From: Glycera tridactyla
Lineage: Eukaryota
Assembly: GCA_965644265.1 (NCBI GenBank)
Contig: OZ286475.1
Location: forward strand, 31,496,001 to 31,560,000
Length of the DNA stretch: 64,000 bases
Direction of reading: 5' to 3'
Position 1 is the first letter of the stretch, and every line of letters starts with the position of its first letter. The position numbers and the translations under genes are program-made. Under the pieces are notes generated by a model. The model was not told where the DNA came from, searched no databases, and saw only the letters and a program-made list of their open reading frames with translations. This document shows positions 16,518-28,036 of the stretch, in pieces.

Positions 16518-19295
16518 ATGGCTTGCCATATTGGACTTTGGCAGTGTCTGCTGTTCTCGGCCTTACTTGTGGCCATCAATGGTCGTGGCAATCGACAGGA
16601 TGATGCAAATCGACAAGAATTCCGGAAATTCTATCCCAATCTTGGAGTTACTGTTGTCAAGCTGGGACAGATGTCTCTGACTGATAATCACTGGATACAC
16701 ACTTATCGGATGCGGCCTTTGTCCTTCAGGAATAATCTGAATCAATATCTGGCGCGATTTGAATGTGATAATCGATCAAATAGTACCTACCGTGTTCGTG
16801 CCAATCTTGGCTACCTGTGTGTTTGGCTTAACAGTTTGAAAGCTTCTGACCGCCATCATGAGGCTACATTACGGCGACGTTTGGACGGTTTAAGACGTGA
16901 TATTAATCATATGGTACCGGCAGTGTCCAATCCGAGTCAATGGGCCCGACAGTATGCGAAAAGAGACAGACGATTCCTTGGTGCGTTGACGAGCATAGCC
17001 TCGATTGCACTCAGTGCATTTGATTCCTATGAGAAGTATGTCATGAAACAACATATATCCGGTTTGATGAGAGACATTCGACAGGTAGCCAAAGTGAACC
17101 ATAGACTTGCGGCTCAGTTTGGTAGTTTTGTTAATATTTCTGAAATTCGGTGGACCACTGTTCACGATGCTTTGGAAAGACATTATGATACTTTAGTAAG
17201 CTTACATGATGAGGTTAATCAATCAAGGACAGATATTGTGGAATTACGAAAGCTCATCCAAGCTGTTGTCATATTCATTAAAGCAGTGCATTTGAATGAT
17301 GCGATTCATTCCAGGCGGTATGCCATTGTTGATAGACAAATATCAATCAGGAGGCATGCCATACAAAGACTTCTTAATGGCTATTTGGACACGAATTTGA
17401 TCCGTCCTGAAACGTTGAAAACTTCGTTGGACAATATCCAACACCACCTTTCCGGTATGGGTTTGGGGGTGGTCTTGGCCTTTAGTCACTTGGACTATTA
17501 TTACAGATCAAGGATTGTACATGTGTCAAGGCATGGTGATGACTTGATGGTACATTTGGTGATTCCCCTTTCATCTTTTGAAGGGATGTTTGACCTGTAT
17601 CATTTCTCCGGTATTCCTTTACCGATTGACCAGTCTGAAAAAACAAATGCATCCACCATGATTTCAAATCTTACGCCATATTTGGCTCTTTCTGACTATC
17701 ATTTTATGGAAATTTCAAGAGGGGAGATGGATCTGTGTACTGAAACTACGAATTTATATCAGTGTGAGATTTCCGTACCTATGAGTGAGGGCATAGAAAG
17801 CTGTGCTTTATCCATTTATCGGGAAGATACGAGACGTATCAGGTCTCTCTGTGAGTTTGAAGTACATCCCTACATGGAGGATGATGATATTATTCAGGAA
17901 ATAATACCAGGTCGATATTTGATCTCTACTTTCCCACAGACTTGGGTGAAGCGATGTTATAATAAGCAACGTACATATACTGACACTGATATTGTGAGCT
18001 GTCGGCTGTGTATAGTGAATGTAGACTGTGGGTGTATCTTGCAAACTTGGAAATTTGTCATTGTCTCTTCAGTAGACAGCTGTTACACATTTCATGATAC
18101 TGAAGTTTTGTCCAACGATCCACATGATTTGAGGGGAGGAATTGCACAAAATTGGGCATATCTTTATTTAGCAGATCCTGGGGATGATTCAAATTTGACC
18201 CTGCAGTCAATTTCAAGTGTTCCTTTTGATGCCCAGTTAGAGAAGTTGAAGATATTTCATGATGAGAATATGTCCAATCTGAAGGTGAAATTTGATATCT
18301 CTGATGTCAGGGATGCTCTGGAGTCTGATATGGTGATTGGTACTCCAGATGTCATAATTCTACAGAACTGGGTGAATGACATAATAATGCCTGTATCATT
18401 GGGTGTTGGTGTGGTAGGACTGATGTGTGTGGCAATACTGTGGTGTGTATTCTGTAAGGCTGGACTTAAGTATAGAGCCCTGCTAGTTAAAGCAGGATTG
18501 GTTTCTAAGATTCCTGAGGTCGTAGCATCCTCAGGAAAGGGTGACATTTCTAATACATTACATAAGGTATATATGATTGGATGCAGTATGCTTGTGATTG
18601 GACTGGCTGCATTTATTGGTTATCTGTTCTACAAGATGTACCAGTATTGTATCCGATATCCCCATAATTCGGGTATTTCAGCCAGACTTGCTGCGATTGT
18701 TTTAAGGCGTAATACCACAGAGATTAATTTGGAAGTGTATACCAAGTCCCGGTATATGAGCATCAATTTGCTTATGTTGCCAATTGAACCAATTAGACTT
18801 CGAGTACTGTATGATCCTCTGCATTTGAATTTGAGTGTAGTACAGAAATTATGCTTTCCGGTAATGATTCTTGAATTTGAGGATCGACCTATAATTGTGA
18901 TTGACGATGAACCAACTGTGTTCACTTTGCCCACGACTGTGAATCTGACCATGTCACAAGGTAGCGCATTACGACAAATGCTGGGTGACGTTGAAGTCGT
19001 GTACAGATTGATGGTTTCTAGTGGGACAAGTGTCCATAAAGAATGTGTGGTCTTCAAGATAAAAGATGCGACTCTTGATCGCAGAAACAGGCAGAGGATC
19101 ATGCATCGTATGTTGAAGAGGGTAGCTGCTACCTATCATGATAGTGACTTCCATACTCCATCTGCATTGCAGCAAGATGATGATGAGGATTCTGATTTGA
19201 CTCATAGTTGTGATGTTCGTGGTGCATGTGGTGTGCGTGGAGAAGATGGTGTGAGAGATCCAAGAATAGGGGCTGTAGCTACAACACAATTGTGA
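16518..19295 (+). CDS. env: Envelope / class I viral fusion glycoprotein (baculovirus-F/errantivirus-like architecture) with second TM and long C-terminal extension
   Basis: Signal peptide from ATG 16518 (MACHIGLWQCLLFSALLVAING); GQMSLTDNHWIHTY N-terminal motif; furin site KRDRR (to 16973) followed by fusion peptide FLGALTSIASIALSAF; heptad repeat; NGYLDTNLIRPETL motif; Cys-rich region; N-glycosylation sequons; TM at 18381-18455 and 18567-18632. Confidence 0.9.
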   Translation: MACHIGLWQCLLFSALLVAINGRGNRQDDANRQEFRKFYPNLGVTVVKLGQMSLTDNHWIHTYRMRPLSFRNNLNQYLARFECDNRSNSTYRVRANLGYLCVWLNSLKASDRHHEATLRRRLDGLRRDINHMVPAVSNPSQWARQYAKRDRRFLGALTSIASIALSAFDSYEKYVMKQHISGLMRDIRQVAKVNHRLAAQFGSFVNISEIRWTTVHDALERHYDTLVSLHDEVNQSRTDIVELRKLIQAVVIFIKAVHLNDAIHSRRYAIVDRQISIRRHAIQRLLNGYLDTNLIRPETLKTSLDNIQHHLSGMGLGVVLAFSHLDYYYRSRIVHVSRHGDDLMVHLVIPLSSFEGMFDLYHFSGIPLPIDQSEKTNASTMISNLTPYLALSDYHFMEISRGEMDLCTETTNLYQCEISVPMSEGIESCALSIYREDTRRIRSLCEFEVHPYMEDDDIIQEIIPGRYLISTFPQTWVKRCYNKQRTYTDTDIVSCRLCIVNVDCGCILQTWKFVIVSSVDSCYTFHDTEVLSNDPHDLRGGIAQNWAYLYLADPGDDSNLTLQSISSVPFDAQLEKLKIFHDENMSNLKVKFDISDVRDALESDMVIGTPDVIILQNWVNDIIMPVSLGVGVVGLMCVAILWCVFCKAGLKYRALLVKAGLVSKIPEVVASSGKGDISNTLHKVYMIGCSMLVIGLAAFIGYLFYKMYQYCIRYPHNSGISARLAAIVLRRNTTEINLEVYTKSRYMSINLLMLPIEPIRLRVLYDPLHLNLSVVQKLCFPVMILEFEDRPIIVIDDEPTVFTLPTTVNLTMSQGSALRQMLGDVEVVYRLMVSSGTSVHKECVVFKIKDATLDRRNRQRIMHRMLKRVAATYHDSDFHTPSALQQDDDEDSDLTHSCDVRGACGVRGEDGVRDPRIGAVATTQL

Positions 19296-20473
19296 ATATC
19301 AAACTGTCCAGATTATCTTTATGTTGCAGAACCTGTGTAATTGTAACTGCCCCACCTAGTGAGTTGCTGCCCTATGCTATCTCTAATTCTTCAACCTGGA
19401 GCCGGAGTTGATGTTTCGTGATGAGCGGATTCGCCTTTTTGCTGAGCTTCGTCGAGATATGCCATTGTTGATGATGAACTGATCCACGTGATGTGTTTGT
19501 ACTGCACGTCGCGTCCTTTACTTACCTCCTTGAGTACTTGATGCTGGAGATATTCTGGTGCACAGGAGTTGTCGTGGCGACATGGAATGATGTTTGATCC
19601 CTGGATTGACTTGCTGGTTATGGCCGGAAGATTGACTTTCGTATTCTTGACACTTGGCTATGGTCAGATGCATATTGATGATGGTTGCCAGATCATTTGC
19701 CAGTACAGTGTTTGTGAAGCATTCGTCAGGAATGATTTGGACAAAATATCCATTTGCCTTCTCTTACAAGGCATCCGGTGTTTGAGGTGATTGCGTGAGA
19801 CAGCAGACATCCTATTCATTTCAAGGATCACAGTATGTGCGCAAGAGGCAGATGATATATTTGCCATGGATTCTTCTCGTTGGCCGGACTGACTGTGTCC
19901 GGGTTGGTGTTCTTTCGTGACATTCGAACATTTGATGAGTTTCCCCACAGGAATGCAAAAATGACTTATTCTGTGCGGAACTAGAGAGTTGATGATGAGG
20001 AGACCGATTCCTGATATGCACATTCTGTATGATTGGTGATCCACGGTGATGAGTCAACATGGCATATGAACTGATCCGGATACGTTCGTCGTTGGACAAG
20101 AGATCCAGTTTTCAAGAGGTGCAGCAATGAGATAGCATGAACTTTCAGATATTCAAATCATACTAGGGCCTAGAGGACATTTAACAATATGATGATATTT
20201 TAGCAACCTTTGGTGGGCAGAGGATTTTTTTTTCAGGTACCCTGATGTTATTGATAATACACAACATATACATATATATCAACATTTTAATATAATGGTG
20301 AGAGTTATCAACTACATGTATAGTTTTGGCTCACATTTTGGCTGTGTCGCCTGAATTAGTGGTTATTTGATCACATTTCTAAATGTGACCCAGATGACGA
20401 TGATAAATGATTTTCCAATTCATGATAAAGCAACGACTCAACTATTGAGGACAATAGTTGCTTGTGTCATGCA

Positions 20474-23316
20474 TGTGGTGATAGAGGTGTCTATCACCTT
20501 TGTTCTTATAAGCATAGGTAGAGTTTTATCTAAATTATGATAAAGCAATGAATCAACTATAGTTGCTTGCTTCAAAAATGTGGTGATAAAAGGGTCCATC
20601 ACCTAGTTTGATATCATTTCTTTCGAGACAGGTTTGATGAAATTTCTCTTAAGACAGGAATGGCTATACATGTGGTTGGAAGTAGGGACAGTATCCAGGC
20701 ACCCCTAGAGGTAGTTCACAAATTCTCCAACAGATGTCAATTTAGGTCTTGGTAGAAGCTACTCTGTGTCGAGAGAGGGTGAGAGTGTGAGGGGATGAAT
20801 GCATATGTATGAGTGTGAAGGGATAAATGAATATGTATAAGAGGGTGAATTGAGCCAACAAATGAACGTGCATGAAAGTGACCTGTGTAGGAGATGATTG
20901 GCTGGTGTATGAGTAGAGGAACAATGATGGCATGAAAGGCGTGTACATGTGGGAGAGAGTGAATTTTGTCTGAAGGAAGAGAGAGAAAGTTTGAGATTCG
21001 ACTGGAACATCAACAGGACAGGACTGCCTGGAAATCTCCCGTGAATTCGGCGCCTGAAGGGGCTCAGAGGTCGAATTCATGTAAAAGGGCAGGATGAGTA
21101 GAAAGGATCATCACATTGGGATCATGAAGTGACCACATTCAACATATATATAGATATATCATAAGGATTGGACTATTATTTTGTCTATTTGGATGAAGGT
21201 GAGATTATCATGATGGGATTATTGAGATGTGCATTTTAGCTACAGGTCTGACTAGAGTATAATGATGAAGTGAATTGTATTTTGGACCACAGGTCTGACT
21301 AGAGTTTTAATGATGAGGTGAAGTGTATTTTGGACCACAGGTTTGACTAGAGTTTTAATGATGAGGTGAAGTGTATTTTGGACCACAGATTTGACTGGAA
21401 TCTTAGTGATGAGTTGGTGAACATGTATTAGGCATAATGGCTGAAGAATATGATGAATATGCATTGTTGGAAGAATTCTATCACAATGTTTCATCCCTTA
21501 GATGGAAGAATATGAGTTCAGTAGCTTTTGATTCTGACATTTATGCAGCCTGTGATGTCTGTGACAGGTGTATGATACCAAATTCCACAGAGATCAATCG
21601 GGAGGATGACTGTGAATGTCCCCTCTGTAAGCTGATTGAGCTGTATTGTTGTGAAGTGCTTAAAGAATCCCTGAAAAAGTAGGGTCTCCTCCTTTGTTGT
21701 TGGGTGTGCCTTCAATTCTGATTATTCCCTTTGTCATATTTGGCTGTGAGCTTTTGAAGGGTTCTTCCTGAATCTGTAATGCTGATATGTTGACTTTGAG
21801 TAGTCAGGAAGGTTCAATTTCCTGGTTTATTGTTCATTCATGAGCTATTCCATATTATGATCACATCTTGGTCATTTCTTCAATATTGAGGTCTCTGAAA
21901 ATATGACAATGCCTAAATGAAGGGTATGAAATTGTTGAATTGAAGGACAGCACAATTATCTCGGAGAGAGTTTGATATTCCAGATCCCAATGACATGATC
22001 CTAATTCAAGTGTGGCTATAGTATTGAAAGAGTTAATATTTCATCAGTTTCTTGCAATCTTCAAGTGTCAAACTCAGCTGATTATAAGCAGAACATGACT
22101 TTCTTCACTCGATCAACCTGGCTTTGCTTTGTGCTACAATATATATATATATATATAATTACTACTAACTTGGTGTTGTTTACTCCTCCTGTGTCTATGG
22201 GCACTCTTTACTTGCATTCACTCATATTTTCTATAACATAAGAGCGGCGCCGGTGTGAGAGAATGACTCCTTTTCACTGAACATATCACATAAACACATG
22301 CCTGCACAGGGTTTACATGATTGACCATTTGTGTTGCGCGAGTTTGAGAGCTGATGCTGATCCCAGCTGATATTTGATGCAGCAGGTAATTCTTGACTGA
22401 TTGTCTAAAGAGGCCTTGTAGTTGGTCACGAGTTTCATCCAAATTGGATATGGTCCCAGTTGATATTTAAGATATATCAGACTGTGTAATCTCATCCAAG
22501 AGAAGAGGATATGGTCCCAGTTGATATTTAAGATATATCAGACTGCGTAATCTCATCCAAGAGAAGAGGATATTGACCCGGTCGATATTTAATATATATA
22601 CAACCGTGTATTTTCATAAAAGAAACAATTATTCCCCAAAGATCTAAATCCCATGAGACATTTAGTTATAGTTGAACCTGTCCACAATCTCATGTGAAGT
22701 TGAATATTAGGTTGATATCCCATGAGACATTTAGTTATAGTTGAACCTGTCCACAGTCTCATGTGAAGTTTATTATTGGGTTGGTATCCCATGAGATCTT
22801 TAGACGCAGTCAAACCTGCCTATAATCTCATATAAAAATAGATATTGAGCTGCTATCCCACGAGTCTTAGAATAGGAAAGTCAAGTCATATTTTGGTGTT
22901 TAATGTTGGATTAGTATTGAGATTAGGTTATTGAGAGATCCCTAGAACCTGTCATTCAGGTCAGCATAGTCAATTTAAGTCGCAAGCCCTCTCACATTAA
23001 CCCTTGGGTCCCCACTTGGAGTTTAATCCCCATGAGTAGTCTGCAAAAGGTTTGGATCTGGACAACTCATGCTATCCCCCATTTCATCTGGTTGTCCATG
23101 ATCAACTATAGTCAAACCTGTATATCTGTCCACCTAGGTGGAAGCATAGAAATACTGTATTAAATGTGGAGAACATTCATGGTACTTGTATAGTACAACC
23201 TGTTGCAAGTCAGAGTATAGTGAAACCAGTCACTTAAGGTGACTCATACTTCAATATAGAGCAGACCTTACGGCTAGTGACCCCGTAGGACCCCGAGGAA
23301 CCCCCTTATTGCGTCA
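20474..23316 (+). repeat. 3' LTR (2843 bp)
   Basis: Copy of 1659-4501; ends GCGTCA followed by the TSD GCGTG. Confidence 0.97.
21437..21682 (+). CDS. 3' LTR copy of the 81-aa Cys-rich LxCxE ORF
   Basis: Identical translation to 2622-2867. In this position it could be included in element transcripts. Confidence 0.45.
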   Translation: MAEEYDEYALLEEFYHNVSSLRWKNMSSVAFDSDIYAACDVCDRCMIPNSTEINREDDCECPLCKLIELYCCEVLKESLKK

Positions 23317-24986
23317 GCGTGCTTGTGTTGAAGTAGTCGGAGAAAGGGGGAGGGGGTGAAATGTCAAACCCTAGGCATAGTGAGAGCGTGAAGAGAGAAG
23401 AGAAAAAACACACATTACTGTGTTGACATCAAATTTGTACTCCAAAGGATTGCTGAAAGTAATTTTGCAATACGATTTAATATTGATAAATCCAATGAAA
23501 ATAAATCGAAATGATGTCGAAGAATGTATAGATACCCAGAAGATTCATAACCTTAGTCACATTCATTTGTGATGAAATGAGGGAGAACGGTCAATCCTGT
23601 CTTGAGAGAACTCATGATGACGATGCTCTCATTCCTATCTTACATTGCCTGTTTGACCGAGGAGTTCCTGATATTCTCAACAAGGACATTGTGATTAGTC
23701 TCGTCAGAAATCAAACGTCCATGCTAAAATACATGGCTGCCTTTGAAGTGATGTATCTGGGCCACCCTGCTCATCCCTCCCGCTAACAGTCACTCGTCAT
23801 TTCTTTTTAATTATATTTTTCAACCACTGTATACCACCATGGATTGCGTATAGTACATTTGATCCAAATATTCATAAGTGAGGAATGGTACTTCTTCGAC
23901 AGGGAACTCAGATAGCTGATTTGCCAACAAATTGAGGAGCAGGGTTTCGGAATATAACGACGAAGACAACAACGATGACACTTTCCAGATTCGGGCACAT
24001 ACAACCTTGGGGCCCCCTCATGAAATTGTAGATATCAAAGATAGCAATTTCATTCTCTCCAGTTTAATTTTCTGTCATGAAACTCATGTTCATAAAAATG
24101 GCGCTAAGACCCTTCCAATCGCCAAAGGAATGTGGAAATTCATTAAATTCATCGACACTTGAGGTGTCATGATTGTTCTCATAGAAGCCAGTAGCGCGTA
24201 TCAGCAAACAGGGCTTTATGTACGTAGATAGTCCATTTGATCACCTTCAATGATGGATAGAATTATTTTAGCGGGGCACCCCCTGGGAGCGCTGGCAGTG
24301 TATTGCCGTCAGTGGCTGCCTTATTCATAGGTCGTGCGTTCAACCCCCATAAGAAACCTTGAAATTGGACATGGGCAGTTGACACATCTCATGGATTTGT
24401 TGACTGTGCATCATGTCAGTAACATGAAATTGATATATAAAAATGTGTGTGTGTATGTGTGTGTGCGTGCATGTGTGTGTGCGTGCGCGCGCGCGTGTGT
24501 GTGGAATCAGGATAATTATGGAAGTCAAACCCACGTCGAACGTCTCGGCTGTTAATGATCATGACTGTGATGGCCCCCTCCTTGTTTACACCATGCTAGA
24601 TCTCTCGGTGATTCATTTTATGCGTCAGTAGATCGACCAAGGGTGCATGTATGTAGCACACACCAAGAGTTCTCCTCAGTCAAATATATCTGTCAAATGT
24701 AATTCAACTCCATGCTAGCGAACTTATACTGGTCGTCAAAACTTCCTGCCATTGTCATTATTACTATTGTTCTTGTACTCAATTGTGTAAAAATGAAGTT
24801 ACAGACACGTTCTCCATATATCTTCGCCATGTCGATACCCTGTATGAAGGGCAGATGTGTTGTATCCTAATATACTTCCTACAATAAAATACCGATGAGG
24901 CCTTTATTTATGAGTATTTAAGAGTTTAACATGTATGGACGGGGGGGGGGGGCATGAAGGAGTTTTCTAACGTTGAAGCTACTCAC

Positions 24987-25244
24987 CCTGTGTAGAATAT
25001 GTAGTTGATCCAACCTCTCACAGCTGTGATCGCTCCATATCGCGACCACAGATCATAATCAGACCACCCATCCACTGCATCGTTGTCCGAGCCATAAGGT
25101 CCTTGTGCACAGACTTGCTGGTCCGTCCTGGCACTATAGGCGACCTGCCACACATAAACACGCTCGTACTCACGCCTAGCATCCGAGCCACTCTTTGAAA
25201 ACTTCATAATGGCTTCAGGCTTCATCAAGACTTCACAAACGTGT
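24987..25244 (-). CDS. Putative host exon containing the start of a jacalin-like lectin domain
   Basis: Open frame HVCEVL...QGPYGSDNDAVDGWSDYDLWSRYGAITAVRGW resembles jacalin/ZG16 GPYG..FSD...GPITAIRV. Flanked by a pyrimidine-rich AG acceptor and a GTGAGT donor on the minus strand. Confidence 0.45.
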
Positions 25245-25309
25245 CTAATATTTCATGAATGGAGATGAGAAAGGACATCACATTCTCATCCCATTGTGGA
25301 ACAAAAGGA

Positions 25310-25487
25310 CGGTCGGAACTGTCTATAAAGACCACATTCAGTCGCATCGAAAAGTGCTCTTTATAGGCAGGTATTTTCTATAGAGAGGTGATTCTCTGTT
25401 GAAAATGCTATCATGGTAGCACTTAGGGGTGTTCTTCATAGGCAGGCGGTATTTAGAGAGAAGTGTTTTCTCAAGCAGGTTCGACTG
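25310..25487. mobile_element. pogo/Tc1-mariner-type MITE, diverged copy of 34910-35086
   Basis: Ends CAGGTTCGACTG|TA; the left end is degenerate (CGGTCGGAACTGTCTATAAAGACC); interior similar to the 34910 copy. Confidence 0.65.
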
Positions 25488-25589
25488 TATGGTGATTCAC
25501 ATGAACAAATCAGCACTCAGACACACGGCATTGAACAAGTGAATGCACCGCAGCTACATTGATATATCACTATTGACAGATCGTTTGTT

Positions 25590-25775
25590 TCAGTCCAAAA
25601 TGTTTTCAATCTTCTGGGGTCATACTTGGCTGAAAATGCCGAAGAAAACAAGCGCCACAGCCAGGGTCGGTCCCCTACTTTTTGCAAAAGACAGCAGTCG
25701 TTCTTTTGTATTCATACAGCAAAAGCGTCCCATACTACAGCCGGCCTTCGATACCCCATTATGCATGCACTGGGT
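25590..25775. repeat. Interspersed repeat (SINE-like core), related to 37515-37695
   Basis: Shared TTTGCAAAAGACAGCA...CATACA...CCCATAC...CATGC.CTGGG with the second copy. Resembles conserved-core invertebrate SINEs (from memory). Confidence 0.35.
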
Positions 25776-27061
25776 TCAATCCAATGCAATTCAATCCAAA
25801 TAACTTCATTTGAACCCATATATGAAAACCTATATGCTCTCCGTATTCAATCAACAAGAGCGTATTACAGCGGGCACGAGTGAATTAGTGATAACAAACA
25901 AGGGTTTGTTAGTAATGCACATGGTAAAGTGTCTAAAATTACATAATTCATATTCACATGAACAGGGCACAAAAACATAGAATGGAATTTACAATATCAA
26001 ATAATGACACATTTTTTACAACCAACACATTAGATGTGTTGAAACTGTCATTAGCCTCTGGATATTAGGATGAGGAGAAAAAGGATGATTAGAGCAGAGA
26101 GGGTGAAGAAGCAAAATGTAGAATCCAAGAGTATAATGGATAGGATCGAGGATTAGAAAGGCTTGTAGATGTGAGAGACAGAGTGGAGATTGGTGGTAGG
26201 AATCATCACTGGTGAGTCTGTCGTATCATGTAGTATAGTATATTCAAGGGGTCGTATAGGTAGTGGGTTAATCAAATTCCAGACTCCGCCACTATCACCA
26301 GTTACATCACCGGCTAGTATGTACATTATCAATATTCGTCTAATATTCCCGACTCGTGCAGATAAACAATAATGTTTGTTGGATCAATTTCATTGACAAG
26401 TTGTGTCATAGTTCCTACATTGTACTACTTTTCTCTGATGTGTGACAGTCACCTGAAATCATACGATGAATGTTTGACAGTGAGATGACATCCACATACG
26501 AAACAATCAGGTTAGCCTTTTTTAGGAAAGATGTGAATCATGAAGAATGCCCTCGTGCCGGGTACGTTGAGAGCGTACACACCTAGTGTGCGCTCTTCAC
26601 GTACCCGGCACGAGGGGCATACTGAATTTATCATCCAATATTACTCGTAAAACAAACAAGAAATGAAGTTTGCAAGCCTACGAAGTTTGAAAATCCCGCC
26701 GAGAATTACGAATTCTACATCGTCTTTATCGTCGGCACGTTGCTTTGAACGCTGTCATGCTACTAGTTATGCGATCACCATGTAAAAATCGCCGAAAACA
26801 CTCTGCGATTTCTCCGTGACCTCTGGACCAATCTCCTTTATATTACATACCTACATCGGGTACTATGTCAGCTTCAATTTTCGTTTTTAGTGTGTATATA
26901 TCTGAGCGGCGGTTGTGGAGTTTGACGGAATTCCCTAAAAGCATTTTTCCTAACTATTGCCGCGACGCAAACAAATCGAATGTGCGACACTGCCAGTTGA
27001 CCCTTGACCTCAAACAGGTAGATGGTGCTTCCCACACGCTAGACTCGATATTGGATGATAA

Positions 27062-27467
27062 ATGTGTGTCCTATCATCAGACAGGAAATATGTGAATGGG
27101 TGTGATATGTGTGTCCTATCATTAGACAGGAAAGATATGAATGGGTGTGATATGTGTGTCCTATCATTAGACAGGGAAGATATGAATGGGTGTGATATGT
27201 GTGTCCTATCATTAGACGGGAAAGATATGAATGGGTGTGATATGCGTGTCCTATCATTAGACAGGAAAGATATGAATGGGTGTGATATGTTTGTCCTATC
27301 ATCAGACAGGGAAGATATGAATGGGTGTGATATGTGTGTCCTATCATCAGACAGGGAAGATATGAATGGGTGTGATATGTGTGTCCTATCATTAGACAGG
27401 AAAGATATGAATGGGTGTGATATGCGTGTCCTATCATTAGACAGGAAAGATATGAATGGGTGTGATA
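27062..27467. repeat. 45-bp minisatellite (~9 copies)
   Basis: ATATGAATGGGTGTGATATGTGTGTCCTATCATTAGACAGGAAAG repeated; 15-aa periodicity in the ORF track. Confidence 0.95.
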
Positions 27468-28036
27468 TCCTGTCAATACGTCTGAATAGGGACGGGTTGG
27501 TGGTCTTCTATGCCAACTGGCTCAATTCCAGGTTTATTGGCTGTATGTCACAGGTCCAGTCTGCCATATGAGCAGGGTCCAGGTGTGATACCGGGAGTTT
27601 GTTGAACTCACAACCTCCAAAATGTCTTTCAAACCTCATCCCGAGAGGAAAAATGAGATTTTTCTTGGATGTTCTGTATACATTCTGGCCTTAGGACACG
27701 CTGATATGTTGAATTGGCTGGGTTAGAATCTATTTTGAAAGAGTCATACCAAATGCCCAAATGGGTAATGGGGGGGGGGGGTGACCATATTCACCGAAAG
27801 CTACCAATATGTGTGATTTTCTTACGGTACATCTTTGCATGAACAAAATGAAGACTGTCTGCTGTGATGCAGCCTTTTTTAACAACCAAAACTCTACCCG
27901 TATCTTCATTTATAGATGGGAGGCCACTATGTGTTCTCTTACCTTTTGATCTATAGTTTCTTATGACTGTATTCGATCTTTCTACCTTCGATTGACCCCC
28001 AGATAAAGTCTTTGTCAGTGGTCCCTCGGCAACTAC

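Larger units (their letters stand above)
1659..23316 (+). mobile_element. Full-length giant (21.7 kb) Ty3/Gypsy LTR retrotransposon / endogenous retrovirus-like element with gag, pol (chromodomain integrase), accessory ORFs and env
   Basis: Direct repeats 1659-4501 and 20474-23316 (offset 18815) begin TG and end CA. 5-bp TSD GCGTG at 1654-1658 and 23317-23321. PBS at 4502. Uninterrupted gag, pol and env ORFs, with PR-RT-RH-IN domain order. Confidence 0.97.

Noticed and set aside
19296-20420. ORFs of 60-126 aa downstream of env
   Set aside because: No recognisable motifs or consistent strand; treated as 3' untranslated region.
26190-26372. GDSGG string on the minus strand suggesting a serine protease
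   Set aside because: No surrounding trypsin motifs or cysteines; probably chance.
27039-27571. 145- and 169-aa repetitive ORFs
   Set aside because: Read-through of a 45-bp minisatellite.
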